A DNA stretch of 64,000 nt from Candidatus Nezhaarchaeales archaeon. Its GTDB lineage: Archaea; Thermoproteota; Methanomethylicia; Nezhaarchaeales; WYZ-LMO8. The DNA lies in assembly GCA_038887515.1 (NCBI GenBank), contig JAWAKK010000001.1:288001-352000 (forward strand), given 5' to 3'. The notes under the pieces are model-generated. The model did not search any database and was not told the origin of the DNA. It saw only the letters and a program-made list of their open reading frames with translations. Shown in pieces: positions 29,017 through 36,726 of this stretch (positions are counted from its first letter, which is position 1; each line of letters begins with the position of its first letter). The position numbers and the translations under genes were made by a program.

Positions 29017-30159
29017 ATGAACGAGAAGGTTAAGGTTCTAGGCGTAGATCCCGGAACCTTTAGCTTCGATATATGTGGTCTCGAGGGCGGTAAGGTCTTT
29101 TACGAGAAAGTCATACCGACAATCGAGATAGCTAAGGATCCAAATAAGCTCGTTAAAGGGCTCGAAGAAGCGGGCGACGTGGACTTAATAGTTGGACCTT
29201 CGGGTTACGGTGTTAAGGTCACGTACTTAAAAGACGTCAAAGACCCCGAAGCTTTCGCATTAAATGACCTTTTACTTGTAAAGAGGGAAGACGTTGAGTC
29301 CGCTCTTAAAAGAGGGGACATAGGAATAATGGTTTACCAAGCAATGGTTAAGGCAACCGTCGAAATGAAGAAGAAGGACATGCCCGTCTGCTTCATTCCT
29401 GCAGTGATATACTTGCCTACAGTTCCTTGGTACAGAAAAATCAATAGAATAGACATGGGTACAGCAGACAAGATGTGCATAGCTGTCCTAGGAGTATACG
29501 ATCAATCGAGGAGACTAAAAGTAAGTTACGATCAAGTATCGTTCATACTTGTGGAGATGGGCTTCGGATACAATGCCGTGATAGGTGTCAATGGAGGAAA
29601 AATAGTCGACGGAATAGGCGGGACCATGGGCCACCTAGGTTTTCTAACTGCTGGAGGGCTCGACGCCGAGCTAGTTCAACTGGTAGGTAGGTGGGAGAAG
29701 GGCGACATATTTACTGGTGGAGCTTCAAGCTTAGCCGGAGTTCAATCGCCAGAAGAATTGGTCGAAAAAGCGCTTACAGACGAGAACTGTAGAGCTGCGT
29801 TGGAGGCAATGATTGAAGGCGTTGAGAAGATGGTTGCAGCAATGAAAGTTTCTGTAAGGAAACCCAAAGAAATCTTACTATCGGGCAGGCTTACGAGGAT
29901 CAAGGAGATAAGGGAAATGGTAGTCAAGAGGTTAAGCGACTACGGCAATGTTAAACAAATAGGGTGGCTCGAAGGGGCTAAGAGTGTCAAAGAAGCGGCT
30001 CAGGGCTATGCTATGGTGGCTGATGGATTAGCAGGCGGAGTATTCAAGAACCTTGTAGAGTGGATGGAGATCCCAAGGGCTTCGGGAACCTCGCTAGACT
30101 ACATAATCCATTCAAAGAAGAACGAAATAACGCTGAGGCTCTTAACAAGAAATCATTAG
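29017..30159 (+). CDS. DUF1464 family protein (ASKHA/butyrate kinase-like fold)
   Basis: GVDPGTFSFD, GPSGYG, RKINRIDMGTADK, DGIGG, KEAAQG. Confidence 0.85.
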   Translation: MNEKVKVLGVDPGTFSFDICGLEGGKVFYEKVIPTIEIAKDPNKLVKGLEEAGDVDLIVGPSGYGVKVTYLKDVKDPEAFALNDLLLVKREDVESALKRGDIGIMVYQAMVKATVEMKKKDMPVCFIPAVIYLPTVPWYRKINRIDMGTADKMCIAVLGVYDQSRRLKVSYDQVSFILVEMGFGYNAVIGVNGGKIVDGIGGTMGHLGFLTAGGLDAELVQLVGRWEKGDIFTGGASSLAGVQSPEELVEKALTDENCRAALEAMIEGVEKMVAAMKVSVRKPKEILLSGRLTRIKEIREMVVKRLSDYGNVKQIGWLEGAKSVKEAAQGYAMVADGLAGGVFKNLVEWMEIPRASGTSLDYIIHSKKNEITLRLLTRNH

Positions 30160-30252
30160 GCAAGACAATAAGAACCCTAGAAACATTGAGTTAAATTCTC
30201 GGCCTTTCAACTTTTTAATCGGTAAGGATCCTACATCTATAGAGGGACGATT

Positions 30253-30713
30253 ATGCACAAGTCGTGTATAACGTTAATTGTAGTACTAGCGGCCATAATC
30301 TTAATCTCTGTCCCCTTAGAAGCCGAGGAATGGGTCTCTTATAATCCAAAGAGCGACGATATAGCGGTGAACTACTTTTTCAGCGACAACGTTAGTATTA
30401 ACATTACTGTGACGATTACATTTCCACATAGCGGATTCACTGCTCGCTGGGGATCTGTCGAGATTTATGGGGACGTTGCAAGAGCATGCATTGACGTAAT
30501 GATGTGGACCGGTCCTGCGGCGCAAGTTATAACTCATAAAGCCATACTTGGCAATTACCAAGTAATGTTAGAATATTTGAACTGCACATCAACAATCAGT
30601 TGGCCAAGAGAATCGAGCTTAGTGTAGGATCTCAATTTGGGGATTACTTGATTATACCAGCGTTAGCAGGGCTACTAGCTATAGTAGTAAGGCTCTTAGT
30701 CCTAAGAACCTAG
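30253..30713 (+). pseudogene. Secreted, C-terminally anchored protein with frameshift at ~30540
   Basis: Signal peptide; after CATAAA the -1 frame reads SHTWQLPSNVRIFELHINNQLAKRIEL...YLIIPALAGLLAIVVRLLVLRT* (TM anchor), stop 30711-30713. Confidence 0.6.
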
Positions 30714-31832
30714 CGTCAAACCTAAAGAATCCAGCCCCTTATTCTCTACACGAAATCCAAGAATCTTAAGCTTCTTCAATATTCGTTTAACCACCAACTC
30801 GAGATTGTCTAGGTCTTCTGGAGGGATCACGCCTTCACAATCTATCTGACCTTCGGACAATAGTAGCGCTACTTCGCTACACACAACGCCGGTCGCCTTA
30901 GCCATGCTGCTTAAATTTTCATCAAAAGCTGAACCGTAAACCATCAAGCATCCTTTAACCGGCTCTTTACCCATAATTCCTCGTACGTCGACGTCGATCA
31001 CCACTACGTCTGGCTCGTACTTCATAGTCTTTTCAAGAATTTTTGCTGTAAGTTCCCTAATGGTTACGTTAATGCCTCCAATCTCAATCTTCTCTTCACC
31101 TAAGAAACCTAAATCCTTCAAGAATTTAATGACGTCTAAGTGACCCCTCCACCTTAGCGTCAGCTCTACTAATCTACTGGGCCTCTTCTTCATGCGAAGA
31201 AGAGTTCTAAGACCATCGCTCGGAAATGCTTCGAAGTCCCAGTCTCCGATTTTAATTGAAGTTCTAAAACTTAAAGGATCGCAACTTCTCAAGATACCGT
31301 CTTCGACGTATCTAGCGGGCCTTGCATATTCTTCCAGTAGATCTTCGATAGACCATGAAGAAGAATGGTATAGCGGCGGGTTTGGAGTTAACGGTAAACC
31401 TCCAACTTTAATCTCGACTTCATAGATTTGATCTAGAACCCTTGAAATTAAGCCTACAATCATGTTGGTTAAACCGGGAGCTATTCCGCAATCCGGTATG
31501 ATTGTCGAACGGGCCTTCCGAGCCTTGCTGTCAATGGATAGGGGATCTTCACATGTAAAGGACACGTCGACTAACTTTATACCATGCTCAGCACATGCAT
31601 CCATAAATCTATATCCTAGCCTTCCTGGAAGGCAACTACACGTGCAATCAAACTCTGTCGCCAACTTAGATACTCTACCAAGGTCTTTCGATACATCAAT
31701 TACGTGAAAGCCGTCAAGGAAGCTTTCGCGTTGCACTTTAATGTCGACCACCTCAACTTGATGTCCATGGGCCTTTAAATTCAGTGCGACAGCCCTACCA
31801 ACCCTTCCATAGCCGACTACTAGGAACTTCAA
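30702..31832 (-). CDS. Saccharopine dehydrogenase / lysine 6-dehydrogenase family
   Basis: GYGRVG, CLPG, DVSF, DCGIAPGLTN, VGGLP, WSIEDLLEEY, SDGLRTL, TLRWRGH. Confidence 0.88.
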   Translation of the reverse strand: MKFLVVGYGRVGRAVALNLKAHGHQVEVVDIKVQRESFLDGFHVIDVSKDLGRVSKLATEFDCTCSCLPGRLGYRFMDACAEHGIKLVDVSFTCEDPLSIDSKARKARSTIIPDCGIAPGLTNMIVGLISRVLDQIYEVEIKVGGLPLTPNPPLYHSSSWSIEDLLEEYARPARYVEDGILRSCDPLSFRTSIKIGDWDFEAFPSDGLRTLLRMKKRPSRLVELTLRWRGHLDVIKFLKDLGFLGEEKIEIGGINVTIRELTAKILEKTMKYEPDVVVIDVDVRGIMGKEPVKGCLMVYGSAFDENLSSMAKATGVVCSEVALLLSEGQIDCEGVIPPEDLDNLELVVKRILKKLKILGFRVENKGLDSLGLTLGS

Positions 31833-31877
31833 GGGCTCATCCTCACGTCTGCTAGCACGTCTTAAAGGCTATAGAGC

Positions 31878-32114
31878 TTACTTCTTCTTTTTCGATTCCT
31901 TGATCCTCTTGATTTCCTTCACTACGTAATCCTTGAACTCCTCGATACTCATAGCTTCTCTATGGCTTGGCAACTTAACTAGGACTATATCGCCGTCGGC
32001 AGTCTTGATTCTCACTTCATCGTGGTCTGAATGCCTATAAACGTCGAGTTGAGTTAAGCCCATCTTTTCAAGTTCGATCTTATACTTTGAAAGCAATTTG
32101 GCCATGACGACCAC
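31878..32114 (-). CDS. Small basic hypothetical protein
   Basis: 78-aa ORF, Lys-rich tail, plausible codon use. Confidence 0.65.
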   Translation of the reverse strand: MVVMAKLLSKYKIELEKMGLTQLDVYRHSDHDEVRIKTADGDIVLVKLPSHREAMSIEEFKDYVVKEIKRIKESKKKK

Positions 32115-32227
32115 TTAGCTAGCCTAACTCTCGCAGATAATTAAGCTTTCGCTACGGATAGAGCTTGACAGGTAATACTAAAGATTTTATCCTTCCACGT
32201 AGGTCTATGCGTTAAAGGTGCTAACTT

Positions 32228-32707
32228 ATGAACTATGATTCTAATCAAAGAGTCGTGTTTTTGGGTGCGCTCGCCGCCGTAGTTGCCTTCTTGGTAGGTT
32301 ACTTTGCAGTACCAGCTCTAGTGGCTCAAGAACGCGGTCAAGGAGTTGAGATCCTCGAAGCCAAGATAACTTCTGCTAGCATTAAAGCCAGCGAGCCAAC
32401 GTTCCTGGTAGTAAGAGTCTCTAATGTTCAAAGCTCTTACACCGACTTCAAAGTCTTGATATCGATAAAAGGAGATGTTGAAAGGTATGTAACGATAAGG
32501 GGGTTCAATGTAGAGAAGATAGGTGATGGAGTTTGGCAGTGGAGCTTCGGAATAATGCCGCCGTTCTCGGAGGTTAAGTACGTCGTCGAGCTAACGTTCA
32601 ACATACCTTCAGGCATAGCACAGATTAAGTACAGGATACACGTTGACTTCTTGGTTGACGGTTCCACTATTGACGGTAGAGACTTCGTAGTAGAGGTCTT
32701 GGGCTAA
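32228..32707 (+). CDS. Membrane-anchored beta-sandwich hypothetical protein
   Basis: N-terminal TM helix followed by alternating beta pattern; AGGTG RBS. Confidence 0.7.
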   Translation: MNYDSNQRVVFLGALAAVVAFLVGYFAVPALVAQERGQGVEILEAKITSASIKASEPTFLVVRVSNVQSSYTDFKVLISIKGDVERYVTIRGFNVEKIGDGVWQWSFGIMPPFSEVKYVVELTFNIPSGIAQIKYRIHVDFLVDGSTIDGRDFVVEVLG

Positions 32708-32901
32708 GGCAGAGTAGCGCTTTGAACGAACCTACATCACACACCTCCACAAGGCAAGACTTCCCATTCCTTCGCTAATACCATTACTAATCGTAAAGCT
32801 TTGCCGATGCTGAACCTCCTTAACCCAATCTAAAGGGCTGACTTCAGCGATCCATAAATGATATTTAAGACCCAGTAGGAATTTCAGTTCGTGGTACACC
32901 A

Positions 32902-33312
32902 ATGTCAAGGGGCTACGTTAGAGGGAGGTATGCTGAAGAGAGGTTGGTAGCAAAGCTTTCAAGCTTAGGGTGGAAAGCATGTAGAACGCCTATGAGCGGG
33001 GGACTCGCTCAAGTAGACGTAGAAGCCATTAAGCCAAGTGAGAAGAGGTTGGCGTTAATAGAGGTTAAGTCGACCTTGAAGGGTAGTATTACGGTACCTC
33101 AAGATAACATTAAAAGAATGAAGAGCAGGTATGAAGAGTGGTACAAGCCCTTAATTAAGGAGGACTGGAAAGTGGAGTACGTAATAGCCGTCCTTTGGAG
33201 AGCAAGAGGTTCTAAGGGGTTCTGGGTCTTGAAGGACGTAAGTGAACATATTGGAAAGGGTCAACCAGTGACATTGAAGAGGGACGATAAGGAGTCGACT
33301 TGGAGGCCCTAG
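32902..33312 (+). CDS. Hjc-like Holliday junction resolvase / PD-(D/E)xK nuclease
   Basis: RGRYAEERL...LGW...SGG...DVEA...IEVKS. Confidence 0.75.
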   Translation: MSRGYVRGRYAEERLVAKLSSLGWKACRTPMSGGLAQVDVEAIKPSEKRLALIEVKSTLKGSITVPQDNIKRMKSRYEEWYKPLIKEDWKVEYVIAVLWRARGSKGFWVLKDVSEHIGKGQPVTLKRDDKESTWRP

Positions 33313-34166
33313 CCGAGGTGCGACTTTTGAATCCGTACCTCGAACTCATGAGACCTGCGAATAGCTTAATGGCAGGGGTAGCTGCTGTAATAGGCTTCCT
33401 CATAGCGTCAGATCTCTCGCAAGGTCTCTTTGACGTTGTTAAACTTCTCCTCCTCTTTACATCAGCTTTCGTGCTTTCATCGTCATCCATGGCGATTAAT
33501 GATTACTTTGACAGAGAAATCGATGCTGTAAACCAACCTCAAAGGCCTATACCGAGTGGTAGGGTTAAGCCGAGGAAGGCCCTTGCTTTCTCGTTTACGT
33601 TGCTCCTCCTCGGTATCATCATCTCGGCTCTAGTCAGCACAGAAGCCTTCGTTATAGCACTTATAGCTTGCGCAACTTTTACCACTTATAGCGCCTATCT
33701 AAAGAAGAAGGGTCTTGTGGGGAATGTTGCTGTTAGTTTGTGTGTAGCCTTGACGTTTATATACGGTGCAGCTGTAATAGGCTTCTCTTCAAGCCTAATA
33801 TCATTGTTCTCAGCGATGGCTTTCCTAGCCAATATGAGCCGTGAGGTGGTTAAAGGTATAATCGACGTCGAGGGCGACAGGCTTAGGGGCGTAAAGACCT
33901 TAGCTGCATCGCGAGGATTCAAGTTTTCAGCTAAGGTAGCCTTCACCTTCATGACGTTGGCCGTAGCCCTAAGTTTCATGCCCATAGCTCTAGGCTACGT
34001 TAACTGGCTGTACGTACCTATAATACTGATATCTGACGTAGGATTGCTAATCTCTACGGTGTCGGTCCTCTTAATGCCAACGCCTGAAAGGGCTGCGAGT
34101 AGTAAGAAGATCATGTTAGCTTTCATGGGTTCAGCGTTAGTAGCCTTCCTAGTAGGTTGCGTTTAA
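33300..34166 (+). CDS. Digeranylgeranylglyceryl phosphate synthase (UbiA family)
   Basis: RPAN, INDYFDREIDAVNQPQRPIPSG, GN, SREVVKGIIDVEGD. Confidence 0.9.
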   Translation: MEALAEVRLLNPYLELMRPANSLMAGVAAVIGFLIASDLSQGLFDVVKLLLLFTSAFVLSSSSMAINDYFDREIDAVNQPQRPIPSGRVKPRKALAFSFTLLLLGIIISALVSTEAFVIALIACATFTTYSAYLKKKGLVGNVAVSLCVALTFIYGAAVIGFSSSLISLFSAMAFLANMSREVVKGIIDVEGDRLRGVKTLAASRGFKFSAKVAFTFMTLAVALSFMPIALGYVNWLYVPIILISDVGLLISTVSVLLMPTPERAASSKKIMLAFMGSALVAFLVGCV

Positions 34167-34368
34167 AGTTCCATGACCTAATAGCCGAGCGGTAAAAATA
34201 ATGAGCCGTTTAACGGGACGTTACAAAGCCTAAGCTTACAGAGATTCTAACTGCTAAAGAAAGTTAAAAGGGAGGTTTAAAGAGTGTTACGTGATCGAAC
34301 ATGAACTTATAAAGAAACCCCCTAAAATCGTTTATGAGCCTGCTTAACTTTTTAGTATTGAAAAGTGT

Positions 34369-35082
34369 ATGGATAGCACAATAAGGGCTGTTGCCTACTC
34401 AAGGACTTCAACCGATATGCAGACAACAGAGCAACAAATTAACGCAATTAGAGATTACGCCTCTAAGAGTGGGATGGAGATTGTAGAGTGGTTCAGCGAC
34501 CCAGACGTTTCAGGAGCTATACCGGCTCTTGAACGGGAGGGCTTTAAGAGGTTGCTTGAGTTCATAGAGCAGAATAGGATATCCACCATTATAGTCTACG
34601 CCATAGATAGGCTTGGAAGGAGCTTCATGGATATATTCAAGACGCTAAGCGAGCTCGATAAGAGGGGAATAACTGTTGTAAGCGTTAGAGACAACTTTCT
34701 TCGGACACTTGATCCAAACATTAGGAGGCTAGTGCTGGCAGTCTTAGCGTGGGCTTCGGAGTACGAAGTTAAATTAACACGCGAAAGAGTTAGATTGGCG
34801 ATGAAGAGGAGCGAGGTTCAAGAGAAGTTAAACAAGATAAGGAAGGTAGATAAGGTCTACGAAGAGACTAAGCAACTTGTAAAGCAACTTTACGGTCAAG
34901 GGTGGAGCTTAAGGAAGATAGCTAAGACCGTAAACCTCAGCGTATACGCTGTTCGAAAGCTATTAATAAGTGAAGGAGTCCTCGAACCTGGGAAATACAG
35001 TTGTCCGCGATGCGGGCACAAGCTAAGCTGGGACGACATAGAGGCGACGTATAAATGTAGAGCGTGCGGTTACAAGAAGTGA
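34369..35082 (+). CDS. Serine recombinase (resolvase/invertase) with HTH and C-terminal Zn ribbon
   Basis: AYSRTST, DVSGA...REGF, IDRLGRS, ERVR; GWSLRKIAKTV HTH; CPRCG...CRACG. Confidence 0.9.
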   Translation: MDSTIRAVAYSRTSTDMQTTEQQINAIRDYASKSGMEIVEWFSDPDVSGAIPALEREGFKRLLEFIEQNRISTIIVYAIDRLGRSFMDIFKTLSELDKRGITVVSVRDNFLRTLDPNIRRLVLAVLAWASEYEVKLTRERVRLAMKRSEVQEKLNKIRKVDKVYEETKQLVKQLYGQGWSLRKIAKTVNLSVYAVRKLLISEGVLEPGKYSCPRCGHKLSWDDIEATYKCRACGYKK

Positions 35083-35198
35083 ATTTAGTTAATTGAAACT
35101 TCATAAGGGCGCACATGTTATAATGCTTTGTAGACAACGAGATTACTGGTGAAGCGAACCTAACTTTAAGGTGGGCTATTATAAATACGCGAAACTTA

Positions 35199-35981
35199 GT
35201 GGTAACGGAAGTCCCCTGTAGGACTGCTTTATCTAAGAGTAGGATATACGGTGTTGACTTCTCTTTGAATCCATACTTTGGTTGCGAACATTCATGCGTC
35301 TACTGCTATGTTCCTAGGATCATGTCAAATAGACTTAAGGGTAGAGCTTGGGGTAGCTTCATAGAAGTCAAGGTTAATATCCCAAAGATTTTGTCTCGAG
35401 AGTTGAAGAGAGTAGCGAGAGGCAGAGTCCTTCTTAGTAGCATAACGGATCCGTACCAACCAGTTGAGCGGCTATACGGATTGACAAGAAAGTGTATTGA
35501 ATTGCTAGCTAAGAGGGGGCTCGAAATAGTAGTTTTAACGAAATCTTCCACGTTCACAAGGGATCTAGAATTAATGGATAAAGAGAACTTCGAGATAGGG
35601 GTCACAGTCACAACGCTACGATTTTATGAAGAATTGGAGCCTAAAGCACATCATCCACTAGAAAGGTTAAAGGCATTGAGTAAGGCCTCGGAGCAAGGAT
35701 TTAAGACTTTTTTGTTTCTAGGCCCTCTCCTACCTGGAATAGTCGATGAAGAGATTCGAGAGATACTTGAACTAGCATGTACGTCTGGTGTACGCTACGT
35801 TATAGTTGACAGGCTTAATACGAAGGGCGATGTTGTACAAGCAATAGCGAGCGCTCTAAAAAGCCATTGCTTAGACAAGCTCTTTAAAGCCTTATCGGAT
35901 TGGGGCTGGCTTGGAAGTATTAGAAGTAAAATTGTCGACTTATGTAAGAGACTTGGCATATCGTGTGACTTTTGTTTTTAA
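35199..35981 (+). CDS. Radical SAM protein, SPL-like family
   Basis: NPYFGCEHSCVYCY, SITDPYQPVE, LTKS, LEP. Confidence 0.88.
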   Translation: MVTEVPCRTALSKSRIYGVDFSLNPYFGCEHSCVYCYVPRIMSNRLKGRAWGSFIEVKVNIPKILSRELKRVARGRVLLSSITDPYQPVERLYGLTRKCIELLAKRGLEIVVLTKSSTFTRDLELMDKENFEIGVTVTTLRFYEELEPKAHHPLERLKALSKASEQGFKTFLFLGPLLPGIVDEEIREILELACTSGVRYVIVDRLNTKGDVVQAIASALKSHCLDKLFKALSDWGWLGSIRSKIVDLCKRLGISCDFCF

Positions 35982-36053
35982 TTAAACATTTAGTCCCATA
36001 GAGCGGAATTTGGAAGAGAAAAAGATAACTCACCGTAAAGAAATTTGTTACTT

Positions 36054-36111
36054 GGGCGATGAGTTAAAGCGCCTTGCTGAAGAGTGATGAGCGTGGAGTA
36101 CCTATGAGCCC
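36054..36111 (+). ncRNA. Box C/D guide sRNA
   Basis: GGGC/GCCC ends; CGATGA-GTTAAAGCGCCTTG-CTGA-AGA-GTGATGA-GCGTGGAGTACCT-ATGA. Confidence 0.8.
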
Positions 36112-36294
36112 ACTGTAGGCAAGCCTTAAGTTGCGGTTGGTGAATTTAGGAGAGAAGGAGTAAAATCTTGATAAAGAATAATGGGCTTCGTATTTCAATA
36201 GCCAGTACGTATAAAAGTCCTAAAGCCCTTGAAGTAGAGCTAAATCTTTAATACCATGGGTTGCCCCAATAATTAATGGCGTGAGCTGGCCTCA

Positions 36295-36726
36295 ATGAAT
36301 AAGAGTAAGAGAGGAGTAAGCGAAGTAGTATCGGCAATCCTACTATTAACCATAACTGTAGCCGTAGGCTCAATACTCTACGTCCAAATATATCTAGCAG
36401 CGACGCAGCATCAAACGCGGTTAATCCAGGAGACAGTAAGAGCAGATATCGCCGTAAAACAGCAACTTAGGATAATGTTAGTGGTAGGCGACTCCATTAA
36501 TAATAAAGTAAGAATTATCGTAGCAACCGGCTCATATCCTGTTCAACTTTTTAGCATCTATGTGGACAACGCTTTAGCGGTCTCTTATCGAGACTACTAT
36601 GTTCCAGCCTTGACCCTAGACGTAATAGAAGTAGAGAGTCCTATACTGCTTACAAAGGGGTCTAAGATCCTCGTTAGGATAGTCCATGGAGGAGGGGTAG
36701 AAGAAGCTTATGGCGAGGTACACTAA
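36295..36726 (+). CDS. Archaeal type IV pilin-like protein (class III signal peptide)
   Basis: KRG|VSEVVSAILLLTITVAVG. Confidence 0.85.
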   Translation: MNKSKRGVSEVVSAILLLTITVAVGSILYVQIYLAATQHQTRLIQETVRADIAVKQQLRIMLVVGDSINNKVRIIVATGSYPVQLFSIYVDNALAVSYRDYYVPALTLDVIEVESPILLTKGSKILVRIVHGGGVEEAYGEVH

